32,000 nt of DNA, from positions 779,767 to 811,766 of the forward strand of contig OZ257246.1 of NCBI GenBank assembly GCA_965279595.1, read 5' to 3'. Shown piece by piece: positions 1 through 9,064 of this stretch (positions are counted from its first letter, which is position 1; each line of letters begins with the position of its first letter). The position numbers and the translations under genes were made by a program. The notes beneath the pieces were generated by a model. That model had not been told where the DNA came from. It saw only the letters and a list, made by a program, of their open reading frames with translations, and ran no database searches. Source of the DNA: Sphingobacteriaceae bacterium. Its GTDB lineage: Bacteria > Bacteroidota > Bacteroidia > Sphingobacteriales > Sphingobacteriaceae.

Positions 1-2
1 TA

Positions 3-494
3 ACTATTCATGATACACTTACAATTCCAACTTTAATTAATGACACCGCTACGACTTTCATTGTAGTTCGTCATGCTGAACGTGATAATGTTGGTGCAGA
101 TCCTATTTTAAATGCAGCAGGAATTGTACGTGCAGAAGAATTGAAAAGAATTTTAGAAAAAGTCCCAGTTGAAGCTGTTTACGCCACACCCTATAATCGA
201 ACTCGGCAAACGGTTTCGCCAACAGCATCGAGTAAATCTTTAACCGTAACTGATTATTCAACAAGTACGCCCTATTTACAATTAGTCAATCAATTTAAAA
301 GCAGTCATAAAGGAAAAGTGATTCTCATAGCAGGACATTCAAACACAGTACCAGAAATATTAAAAGCTTTAACAGCGAATGCTTATAATATAACTATTGC
401 TGATACACAGTTCGACCATTTATTTATTGTAAGTGCAAGTACTCCAAGCAATACACAAGTAGTGCATTTGAAATATGGGGTGGCTACGCCTTAA
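3..494 (+). CDS. Histidine phosphatase superfamily protein (phosphoglycerate-mutase-like / SixA-like), 5' end cut by the window edge
   Basis: The frame of the 141..494 ORF stays open back to nt 3. It reads ...TFIVVRHAERDNVGADPILNAAG..., which is the RHxE catalytic motif of this superfamily. The second catalytic His context is ILIAGHSNTVPEI. The TTG at 141 is therefore internal, not the start. Confidence 0.75.
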   Translation, partial: TIHDTLTIPTLINDTATTFIVVRHAERDNVGADPILNAAGIVRAEELKRILEKVPVEAVYATPYNRTRQTVSPTASSKSLTVTDYSTSTPYLQLVNQFKSSHKGKVILIAGHSNTVPEILKALTANAYNITIADTQFDHLFIVSASTPSNTQVVHLKYGVATP

Positions 495-532
495 AGGATT
501 TAGTTCAAATTTGATTTAACATTTCATTTAAA

Positions 533-570
533 ACAAAAAAGCCCTTCTAAAAATTTCAGAAGGGCTTTTT
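533..570. terminator. Bidirectional rho-independent terminator between convergent genes
   Basis: A-run at 533-540, perfect 8-bp stem GCCCTTCT (541-548) / AGAAGGGC (558-565) with a 9-nt loop, then T-run at 566-570. Confidence 0.8.
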
Positions 571-584
571 AATTCTTAATTTTT

Positions 585-1457
585 TTAAGAATACAATATA
601 ACAGAAGAAAGACTTCTGGTAGAGAAAACACTTTGCATTGGATTCACACACATTACAGGAATTTGTTCTGCATTGTTGATTACTTGTTGCTCTGCAGGTC
701 CTAAAATTAAATCTTTCAAATCTTTATCCAAAGTAGTAAGCATAATGATTAAATCTGCGTTTACTTTTTTTGCATACTTTACAAAATCATCAGAAAAATC
801 ACTTTTACTTTCTTGTTCAGCAATTTCAAATTGAACCTCATGTCCTTCTAATTGACGTGCCATAAAGTTTGCATTGTTTCTGATGTGATTGCTCTTCTCT
901 TCATCATTACTATGTTGTTTGTACAACACCACTTTTGATCCAAATATTTTTGCGAATGTAATTGTTTGCAATGTTTTTTGTTTTGTTTCAAAAGTATCAT
1001 CAACTGGAACTACAATTGTATCATATCCTTCATGAACAGGTGCTTTATGTTGTACAATAATTACAGGCATTTTACTGCTACCTACAACTTTTAAAGCGCG
1101 TGCTCCAGTTAGATGCTGCATACCTTTAACACCATGAGTACCCATCACTATCAATGATGCATTTAATTCTGAAGCTTCTTCACCAATTGTTGTAAATATA
1201 CTTCCTTCTTTCATCACAAAATCAATTTCAACATTGTATTTGCTAGCATACATTTTACTTCTTTCATCCATAACAGTCAACAAAGTTTCAAGACCTTTAT
1301 TTTGCTTTTTAAGCTCGGCTCTTGATTCATCATTGATCACATGAAACAAGGTTATTTTATCATTATCTTTTTTTGCAATGATTGCTGCATAAGCAATGGC
1401 ATTAGTGGCAACTTCAGTAAAGTCGTCGGGTACTAGAATACATTTTTTGATTTCCAT
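585..1457 (-). CDS. Universal stress protein, tandem Usp domains
   Basis: The 290-aa product has two Usp-like halves. The first ends in LIVMGTHGVKGMQHLTGARALKVVGSSKMPVIIV, the G-x2-G-x9-G(S/T) ATP-binding-type motif. The second half ends in ...ADLIIMLTT...AEQIPVMCV. Confidence 0.85.
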   Translation of the reverse strand: MEIKKCILVPDDFTEVATNAIAYAAIIAKKDNDKITLFHVINDESRAELKKQNKGLETLLTVMDERSKMYASKYNVEIDFVMKEGSIFTTIGEEASELNASLIVMGTHGVKGMQHLTGARALKVVGSSKMPVIIVQHKAPVHEGYDTIVVPVDDTFETKQKTLQTITFAKIFGSKVVLYKQHSNDEEKSNHIRNNANFMARQLEGHEVQFEIAEQESKSDFSDDFVKYAKKVNADLIIMLTTLDKDLKDLILGPAEQQVINNAEQIPVMCVNPMQSVFSTRSLSSVILYS

Positions 1458-1492
1458 ACACTATAATTTTGGGGTAATTGGGTGATAAATAA

Positions 1493-1500
1493 CAAAGATA
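1493..1500 (-). promoter_or_regulatory. Candidate Bacteroidota -7 promoter box (TAnnTTTG) for the USP gene
   Basis: The minus strand reads TATCTTTG, an exact match to TAnnTTTG, 36 nt upstream of the ATG at 1457. Confidence 0.45.
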
Positions 1501-1585
1501 TAAACATAATCGAATTTTGCACTTTCGAATTATCTGCCGATTAAAAATACACAGGATTTATATAAATTCCCAAACGAAGACCCTT

Positions 1586-3418
1586 TTATTTACCATTCAG
1601 TTGTTCTACAAAGTACATTTTCAACTGTCCTTTGTTTTTAGCTGTGAGCTCTCCTCGGTATTTGCATTCGAACTTTTGCCCAATCAAATCAAATGTTTTT
1701 TGAGAAATATTTATTCTTCCTGCTTCTGAATTTTGTTCCATTCTTGCAGCGGTATTTACAGTATCTCCCCAAATGTCATAGGCAAATTTCTTAACGCCTA
1801 CCACCCCAGCTACTAAAGGACCAGAATGAACACCTACTCGAATTTCAAAAAGTCCTCCATTCTTTTTCCTTTCTTTTGTAAATTCAATGATATCAAGGGC
1901 AGCGAGAATAGTTCTTTCTGCATGTTCGATTGTTGGATTCGGAACACCACATACTGCTAAATATGCATCTCCAATTGTTTTTATTTTTTCGAGTCCGTGC
2001 TTTTCTGCAATGGCATCAAAAGCTTTAAAGTATTGGTGAATTTCGGCTACTAAATCTTTAGGACTGAGACTTTCACTGATGCCAGTAAAATTCACAAAGT
2101 CAGTGAATAGCACAGATACTTCATCAAACTGTTGTGCATCAACCTCGCCTTTCAATTTTAATTCTTCTGCAACTTCTGATGGTAAAATATTTAACAACAA
2201 TTCATCACTTCTCTTTTTCGCTTTATTGATTTTATTTCTTTGTCTGAAAAACACAGCAGCAAATAATAACACAATTGCAAAGCCTCCAACAAATGTATTT
2301 CTAAGTAGTTTTTGTCTTTGCAATTCCTTGATACTTATTGCATCTTTTTTTTCTTGCTCTGCTTTTGCAGTGAACTCCTTTCTGTCAAATTCACTTTGGT
2401 ACTGATGGCGAATTGCTGATTTTTGATTCTCGATTTTTTTTACTCTTTCCACTGCAACTTTTTCAATTTCAAAATACTCTAAAGCCTTTCGGTAATTGCC
2501 TTTTCTTTGATAAATCAATCCTAAAAGATTAGCTGATTCACTTATATTTACAGGCATGTCAACTTCATTAGCAACTTGCATAGCAATGCTAGCATGTTCC
2601 AATGCTTCTTTAATTTTTCCTTGATCAAATTCAATCTTAGCTAGACCAATTAAGTTTACAACATAGCCTTTCTTATTTCCAATTTCTTGTGCCAATTCAA
2701 TGCCTTCTTCAAAATACTTTATTGCATTTATAAAATCTTTTCGCTTATAAAAAACATCACCTAATCCCTTTGTGACAATAGTAGTAATTTGATTTTTTAA
2801 GTTATGCTTTCTTGCAATTAAATAAGCTCTATGATAATATTCATATTGCTTCTCAACATTGTTCTTTTTTGAATAAATTACAGCAATGTTATTAAGTGTA
2901 GCAGTGAGGTCTTTGTGGTTTGTTGAATTGATTTGCATTGCCAGCGCTTTCTCATAGCTTCTGAGAGCCATATCAGTTTCACCAATACGATCATAAACCG
3001 CACCTGTGCTACTATATATTAAAGCAAGTCCAGTTAAATTATTTATCTCCCTATAAATTTTCTCACAAGCAGAATAATATTCAAAAGTTTTAACATAATC
3101 AGCCTGTTCTGCAGATTCGAATCCTTTATTGTTTAAATAAGTTCCATAATAAACAGTAGCGCAATGTACAATATCAGCCTGGCTGCTTTTCCTCAATTTT
3201 TGCGAAAGTATTCCCAATTGTTCATTGTATTTTTGCCATTCTCCATCAGCTGCATTATCTGAAAGGTCACTCAAAATTATCAGTTTGGAAGTGTCATCAG
3301 GTGTTGATTTTAAAACCTTGACTAATGAATCTATATAAGATTGTTCTTGCGCATGTAATACTGTGTTGCCAAAAAGAATTAGAAGGAAACTAATAATTGT
3401 GAATTTTATTTTCATCAT
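1586..3418 (-). CDS. Class III adenylate cyclase with signal peptide, periplasmic TPR array, coiled coil and a single TM helix
   Basis: The N-terminal signal peptide is MMKIKFTIISFLLILFGNTVLHAQ. It is followed by repeated TPR-like units (A..Y...G..Y....A...Y.KAL) and the TM helix FVGGFAIVLLFAAVFF. The C-terminal cyclase core reads VSVLFTDFVNFT ... KIKTIGDAYLAVCG ... VGVHSGPLVAGVVG ... YDIWGDTVNTAARME. The Lys (KTIGD) plus Asp (YDIWG) pair predicts ATP specificity. Confidence 0.9.
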   Translation of the reverse strand: MMKIKFTIISFLLILFGNTVLHAQEQSYIDSLVKVLKSTPDDTSKLIILSDLSDNAADGEWQKYNEQLGILSQKLRKSSQADIVHCATVYYGTYLNNKGFESAEQADYVKTFEYYSACEKIYREINNLTGLALIYSSTGAVYDRIGETDMALRSYEKALAMQINSTNHKDLTATLNNIAVIYSKKNNVEKQYEYYHRAYLIARKHNLKNQITTIVTKGLGDVFYKRKDFINAIKYFEEGIELAQEIGNKKGYVVNLIGLAKIEFDQGKIKEALEHASIAMQVANEVDMPVNISESANLLGLIYQRKGNYRKALEYFEIEKVAVERVKKIENQKSAIRHQYQSEFDRKEFTAKAEQEKKDAISIKELQRQKLLRNTFVGGFAIVLLFAAVFFRQRNKINKAKKRSDELLLNILPSEVAEELKLKGEVDAQQFDEVSVLFTDFVNFTGISESLSPKDLVAEIHQYFKAFDAIAEKHGLEKIKTIGDAYLAVCGVPNPTIEHAERTILAALDIIEFTKERKKNGGLFEIRVGVHSGPLVAGVVGVKKFAYDIWGDTVNTAARMEQNSEAGRINISQKTFDLIGQKFECKYRGELTAKNKGQLKMYFVEQLNGK

Positions 3419-3546
3419 AATTGCTTAGGGTTATAGACAATTCAAAATGCTTATTCTATAAACTAAAAATGCTTCAAACAATATAATTGAGTTTATAGAC
3501 TGGCAATCTTTAATAAACGAATTTAACTAATCAGGTTTGATAAAAA

Positions 3547-4125
3547 CTAAGTCAGTTTATTTTTCACTGAATTCAGGTTTTGCATTTTCACTGGATTCCG
3601 GTATTGTTTTGAATAAGAAGTAAAAAACTGATGTGCTTCTAAAAAGCGTACTTGTAAATGATTCCACTGTTCTATGTTTTCAATCAATCCAAAAGTTTTT
3701 AATTCCAAATAAAGGTTATTACCAACTTTTTCAAAATCATTGCGACCCAAATAATCTAGATCAGCATCACAAATAATTTCTTCTAGTTTGTTTTGTGGTG
3801 TTTGAGGAATTCGAGTTGCCATTATCATTCCACAAATAATTTCAATTTCATTTTCAGAATAATCAAAGTTCGGTAATATTTCACGAGCCAATTCACAACT
3901 TTTTATTTCATGTTCAACTGATTGATAAATGAACCCAATATCATGCAACCATGCAGCGGTGATCAATAAATTTGTATCGCTTCGACTTGTATTTTCTTCA
4001 ACAGAAATTCTTTGCACGGCTTCAACTACATCTATAGTATGTTCAACGCTATGATATGTGAAGTCAGGAGAGAGTTCTGTTCTCAATTGGTTTAACATAA
4101 AGGTGGATAGTTGTTCTAGTTCCAT
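3547..4125 (-). CDS. HD-domain metal-dependent phosphohydrolase
   Basis: The 192-aa product contains YHSVEHTIDV ... AAWLHDIGF ... ICDADLDYLG, the H...HD...D pattern of the HD superfamily. Confidence 0.8.
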   Translation of the reverse strand: MELEQLSTFMLNQLRTELSPDFTYHSVEHTIDVVEAVQRISVEENTSRSDTNLLITAAWLHDIGFIYQSVEHEIKSCELAREILPNFDYSENEIEIICGMIMATRIPQTPQNKLEEIICDADLDYLGRNDFEKVGNNLYLELKTFGLIENIEQWNHLQVRFLEAHQFFTSYSKQYRNPVKMQNLNSVKNKLT

Positions 4126-4760
4126 TAGCTATTCAACAAATTTTGTGTTTATAAAATTGAATTGGATCAAAACTTCTGACACTAAAGAATCAGATTCGTT
4201 TTTTAAATTCCAAATTGAATTCGAAGAATCAAGATTACTTTGAAAAGAAATTGAAACTAGCAATTGCAAAAAGTACTTTAGAAGAATTGATTTTTTAAAA
4301 TTCATGAGATGAAAATTAAAGTATACAATAAATAAATCTAATATACTGCTTTTTTAGGCATTTCAGTTTCTTGAGACCAAATGTGTTGAGTTATGAATCC
4401 AAGAATGAATCATCGATTCAATTTCTAATTTAGTATGAATTAAGCTAGAAAATTGATTAGAATTCCTTCCAAATGCATAATTCAATTGCAATGATAGACT
4501 TAATGAGAAGAATTCACCAATTCTAAATGGTGTAATAAGTGCTTTTATAATTAAATTCCTTTCAGAATTTTAAATTATAATCTCCAAATATTAATCCATA
4601 TCGACCAAATTCACATTCAAATATTCAACAAAATTTTAAAGTAGTAATTTCAATTTATATATAAGGAGAACTCAGAGTCGCCCAAAAGGATGAAAGAAAT
4701 TACTAATTACAATTTTATTATGAAAGCAAAATTTTTATTCTAATGCTATTTATCTTTAAG

Positions 4761-4787
4761 GATTTTATCACTCCATGTGATAAAATC
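4761..4787. repeat. Perfect 11-bp inverted repeat (hairpin or palindromic site) in an ORF-free tract
   Basis: GATTTTATCAC (4761-4771), 5-nt spacer TCCAT, GTGATAAAATC (4777-4787). No flanking T-run on either strand. Confidence 0.6.
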
Positions 4788-5148
4788 TAGTAAAGATTGA
4801 ACCAAGTACAGTTAAACAATAACTGATAACGGCTGACAAAGTGGATCAAGATTTGCAATTTTAAATTGATGAATTTATTCCTGTTTGTTCCAAAAGATAT
4901 GTAAATGGGAACTTTGCAAATAACAAAGTCGGTATTAAAGTAAAAATTGACTCTACATCTATGACCTATAAAGAAACTTTAATATTGCGATTTACAAAAG
5001 AAATTTTTGATGCAATTTAGTAAACTGTTAAAACAAGCTTAAAAGTTGCTTTTCATTTAATTGAGAAGAAGCAAATAGGGCCTACTTGGTAGCAACCTTG
5101 AATAGTATTTTGATTTATGCGTCTGTTAAATTTTGACTGGCGCATAAA

Positions 5149-5847
5149 TTAAAAACTAAACATTGATAAAATCTCTTCCCTATGTGCTCTGCTTACATCA
5201 ACTTTATCTCCATTATGCATTACTAAAAACAAACCCTCATTTTTTTTGAGTTCACTAATCTCTTTTAAATTCACAATATGTGATTGATGACAACGAAAGA
5301 ATAAAGTTGATGGCAACAAGTCCTCAAAATATTTAATATTCTTACTCACCACTTTATTTGAATTGCCGTAATAAACAGTAGTATAATTCCCTTCTCCTTT
5401 TAAATGAATGATATCTTTCACATTCACATATGTATATCCGGTTAAATCTGCTAATGCAATTTTTCCATTTTCATCAATTGGCTTTTTTACTTGTGCACTC
5501 AACTTATCAATTGCCAATTGCAATTCTTCAATGATAATTGGTTTTAATAAATAATCCTCTGCTTTAATTCTCAATGCTTTGATGGCATGCTCCGAACTGG
5601 CTGTAGTAAAAATGACAACAAAATCACGACTCGGAAATGTCTCTAATAAATCAAACCCAGTACCACCGGGCATGTCAATATCCAACAAAACAACATCAGG
5701 CTTTTTTTGATTAATTAGTTTGATGCCATCTAATGCTGTTCTCGCAGTTCCTACAATTTCTGCATTTTGTATGAAATTTTGAATCATTAGCTCTAAACTT
5801 TCTATCGCATCTAATTCGTCATCAATTATAATTAACTTAAGATTCAT
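5149..5847 (-). CDS. LytR/AlgR-family response regulator (REC + LytTR DNA-binding domain)
   Basis: The receiver domain reads LIIIDDE ... DVVLLDIDMPGGTGFDLL ... VIFTTA ... DYLLKP. The C-terminal LytTR-like part reads IHLKGEGNYTTVY ... FFRCHQSHIVNL. There is a 1-nt gap to the upstream kinase gene. Confidence 0.9.
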   Translation of the reverse strand: MNLKLIIIDDELDAIESLELMIQNFIQNAEIVGTARTALDGIKLINQKKPDVVLLDIDMPGGTGFDLLETFPSRDFVVIFTTASSEHAIKALRIKAEDYLLKPIIIEELQLAIDKLSAQVKKPIDENGKIALADLTGYTYVNVKDIIHLKGEGNYTTVYYGNSNKVVSKNIKYFEDLLPSTLFFRCHQSHIVNLKEISELKKNEGLFLVMHNGDKVDVSRAHREEILSMFSF

Positions 5848-5848
5848 A

Positions 5849-8767
5849 CTAATTAACTAGGGTTTTATAAGGCAAAGATAATTTTATTAGTGTTCCAAAA
5901 ACATTTCCCTTTGCATCAATTCTATTTATTTGCTCAAAAACATAAGGGAGTTTTACTTCTTTATTAATCAATTCCAATCTCTTTTTTGTGATAGCAACAC
6001 CATAGCTTGATTTAATAGGATTTTCACTTTTATTGATTGCTTGAGCATTTTTAAATCCAATACCATTGTCAATAATTTCACAAATAAGAATTGAATTGTG
6101 GAATGTAAAAACAACTTTAAGCTCTCCTTTTCTTTCTTTCAATTCTTTCAATCCATGAATAATCGCATTCTCTACGAATGGCTGTATTAACATACTTGGA
6201 ATTTGGATATTCTCCACAACACTATTATTTGAAATTGAAATCTCGTATTCAAATTGATCTTTAAATCGTAATTTTTCTAACTCTAAATAGGTATTCAATA
6301 ATTTTATTTCACTATCAATTGGAATCCATTTTAAGTTAGCATGATCTAAACTTAAACGCATCAATCTACTGAACCTTCCCAAATACTTAATGGCATTCAA
6401 TTGATCAGATTTTAGGATAAAATTTTGAATACTATTCAAAGCATTAAAAATAAAATGAGGATTAACTTGTGCAAGTAGCGCCTGCTGCTCATTTAAAAGC
6501 ATCTCTTCTTTCTCTCTATTTCTTTGCTGCTCGTTTCGAATTCGAAATCTGAAATAAAAATAAATCAAAAGAGAAATAAGAGATGTCATTAAACCATAAA
6601 ACCAATAAGTTTTCCAGAAAGGAGGAGGAATGGTAAAACGATACTGTTCCTTATTTTGAGATGTAAAACCATCTTCATTGATAGCAACTACTTCAAAAGT
6701 GTAGGTGCCAAAATCCAAAGAATTGAATTCTACATTATTTTGATTTAGCTTTCTCCAAGTAGAGTCCAAGCCTTTTAATCTATAATTAAATTTTATATTT
6801 TGACCAGCTCGATAGGCAACTGCATTGAAGTGAAATTGGATTCTTTGATCATCATAAGTAAATGGATAATTCAATCTTGGTGAAATATTACTTTGATTTA
6901 AGGTTGAAATATTTATCAATTCAATTTTAGGTTTTTTGTTGTTGATTAAATTAATTGTTGAAGGAAAAGCAATCAGTTTGTTTTGAGCAACAACATAAAC
7001 TTTTCTATTTTGTAAATATATTTTCCGAATATCGTTAAATGGAAATCCATTCTCCACCGACAAATAACTTAGTTTCGGTTTATTAATATTATTCAAATCA
7101 ATTCTCACAACACCTTTCTGCGTGGCAGCCCAAACAACATTACCTTCAATGGCTAAATCATTAACCATATTGTTTTGAACAGATTCTCCCAAAGTAAGCT
7201 CATTAACTTTTTCATCTTGAATAATAAATATTCCTAAGCCTAAAGATGAAAGAACAATACTTCCATTTTCAATTTCTTTAATATTATTTATTCGAATATT
7301 TATTTTGTCTTTTTTATAATACTCCTTTTGCTTTCCTCTTAAATTGACTATTCCATCATTTACTCCAACCCATATTGTTTTTTTTGAATCAATATATAAA
7401 GCAAAAGGTGCAGTTTCTAATAATGTTAGATTTTCAGGTGGCAAATTCAAATGTTTAATTTCAATTTTTTTAACGTTTGAAACATTGGCTGCTACCCAAT
7501 AATTACCATCAGAAGTAATACACTTCCCCAATCCACCTAATTGCTTTAGTGTTTTTCCATTCTCATTGAGCAGATATAATCCATCAGAAAAACCAACTAA
7601 TAATCGTTGATGCAATTGATCAAAGTATAAATCATTACAAATAGAAATTTGTGATGTATTGGAATTAAATGTTTCACTTGTAAACTTTGTAATTCCATCT
7701 TCTTGAATTAATATTCTATTTTTGTTAGTGGCAATAAATAATTTTTTTTGCCTATCTCCAGTAATCTCTTTGATGTCTTCATTAATTTTTAATTCAGGAA
7801 TATTGACGTATTCAATTTCAATTTTAGGAATATAATAAACTCCTTGGTTGTAAGTGCTAAACCAATAACCCCCTTCAAAATCTTGTTGCACATCAGTTAT
7901 GGTTTGGTTGCTAAAATAGCAACGACCATTTTTTTGATTAATGGTTTCTGAAGGCTTATAAAGCTTAACTCCATTGTAAAAGAAGCAAAGCCAAAGATCA
8001 CCATTAGCATCCAAATACATATTTAAAATTGGAACATCAAATTCATTGCTTGCAATTATTCTACCATTTTTTAAAACATAAATCCATTTATCAAAACTGA
8101 CTATTGTTTCCCCATTTTTTCTTTGAGCAGAAAAAGTTTTGAAATTCAAGGTGGTAAAACCCTTCTTAATATTTTGAAATTGATAAGGTAAAACTTCGGC
8201 AATGTTTTTTCTTAATAGTGGTGGACTGAAAATAAATGCAGATGCATTACTGATTTTATCATACCTCAACTCACTGATTAACGTGCTATCATATTCGAAT
8301 TTTTCGTTATTGATTATTTTGATAAACCCTTTGCTGTTTGTACCTATTACAAACGGAACTTCCTCTTTAAACTGAATATTTAAAATATTTGAAGAAGCTG
8401 GTAACTTGATTAAATTTTGAAGTTTTTTATTTAAATGATAGGACTCAAATTTATTAGCTTTGAAATAATGCAATGTTTTGTCATTGCAAACTGCCCATAT
8501 CACCCCTTTCGGACTAAGGAATAATTTATAAACCAAATTATCACTTAATCCATCATTTACTGTATAATGTTTAAAGCTGGTACCATTGAAACGTGCAATT
8601 CCTCTATCAGTTCCAAACCACAAGTAACCTTGCGGATCAGCAATTACATCATAAACTTCATTGCTAGGCAGTCCATTGTTTGGATTGTATTGATAATAGA
8701 TAGGATCTTGAGCAATACAAAATTTGACAGATGAAATTAAAAATACAAATGCTAAAACTTTATTCAC
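5849..8767 (-). CDS. Sensor histidine kinase with a periplasmic two-component-regulator beta-propeller / Y_Y_Y domain and a LytS/YehU-type kinase core
   Basis: The 972-aa product has a signal peptide and a long ectodomain with repeated LWFGT / W.GT..G propeller-like motifs. A TM helix (YWFYGLMTSLISLLIYFYF) follows, then NPHFIFNALNSIQ (LytS-type His_kinase) and an HATPase_c end (DNGIGF). The start codon is GTG at 8765-8767. The only upstream in-frame ATG is followed by a stop. Confidence 0.9.
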   Translation of the reverse strand: MNKVLAFVFLISSVKFCIAQDPIYYQYNPNNGLPSNEVYDVIADPQGYLWFGTDRGIARFNGTSFKHYTVNDGLSDNLVYKLFLSPKGVIWAVCNDKTLHYFKANKFESYHLNKKLQNLIKLPASSNILNIQFKEEVPFVIGTNSKGFIKIINNEKFEYDSTLISELRYDKISNASAFIFSPPLLRKNIAEVLPYQFQNIKKGFTTLNFKTFSAQRKNGETIVSFDKWIYVLKNGRIIASNEFDVPILNMYLDANGDLWLCFFYNGVKLYKPSETINQKNGRCYFSNQTITDVQQDFEGGYWFSTYNQGVYYIPKIEIEYVNIPELKINEDIKEITGDRQKKLFIATNKNRILIQEDGITKFTSETFNSNTSQISICNDLYFDQLHQRLLVGFSDGLYLLNENGKTLKQLGGLGKCITSDGNYWVAANVSNVKKIEIKHLNLPPENLTLLETAPFALYIDSKKTIWVGVNDGIVNLRGKQKEYYKKDKINIRINNIKEIENGSIVLSSLGLGIFIIQDEKVNELTLGESVQNNMVNDLAIEGNVVWAATQKGVVRIDLNNINKPKLSYLSVENGFPFNDIRKIYLQNRKVYVVAQNKLIAFPSTINLINNKKPKIELINISTLNQSNISPRLNYPFTYDDQRIQFHFNAVAYRAGQNIKFNYRLKGLDSTWRKLNQNNVEFNSLDFGTYTFEVVAINEDGFTSQNKEQYRFTIPPPFWKTYWFYGLMTSLISLLIYFYFRFRIRNEQQRNREKEEMLLNEQQALLAQVNPHFIFNALNSIQNFILKSDQLNAIKYLGRFSRLMRLSLDHANLKWIPIDSEIKLLNTYLELEKLRFKDQFEYEISISNNSVVENIQIPSMLIQPFVENAIIHGLKELKERKGELKVVFTFHNSILICEIIDNGIGFKNAQAINKSENPIKSSYGVAITKKRLELINKEVKLPYVFEQINRIDAKGNVFGTLIKLSLPYKTLVN

Positions 8768-9013
8768 TAGTTCATGGGAAAATGATTGGTAATTTATGAT
8801 TTATTTTTGGAAGGAGAAATGGGAAGAGAAAGTATTAATTTTAAACTTTGATAAGTGCTTTATTTAAATCATTGCTTTATTTATCAATTTAATAAATATT
8901 ATTAATAAAAATATTTGCAGGAAGTTGTATATCCAAGCGATCAAAAATGAAGAGATAAAAATTTTGGGAATGCAATTTTATTTAAATTGCTAGCATTTGT
9001 ACTACTTGCCTAA

Positions 9014-9056
9014 ATCAAAAAAACAAGTAGTTAATTGATCAATTAACTACTTGTTT
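9014..9056 (-). terminator. Rho-independent terminator of the methyltransferase gene
   Basis: Perfect 36-bp palindrome at 9021-9056 with 18-bp arms (AAACAAGTAGTTAATTGA / TCAATTAACTACTTGTTT). On the minus strand it is followed by a T-run (the plus-strand A-run ending at 9023). It lies directly downstream of the stop at 9065. Confidence 0.8.
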
Positions 9057-9064
9057 CTTGAAAA

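Noticed and set aside
141-143. TTG at 141 as the start of the first CDS.
   Set aside because: The same frame is open to nt 3, and the catalytic RHAE motif lies upstream of 141. The gene therefore begins before the window.
5113-5149. Hairpin ATTTATGCG (5113-5121) / CGCATAAAT (5141-5149) as the terminator of the LytTR operon.
   Set aside because: The 9-bp stem is perfect, but the loop is 19 nt and no T-run follows on the minus strand. It also overlaps the stop codon. This is too weak to call a terminator with confidence.
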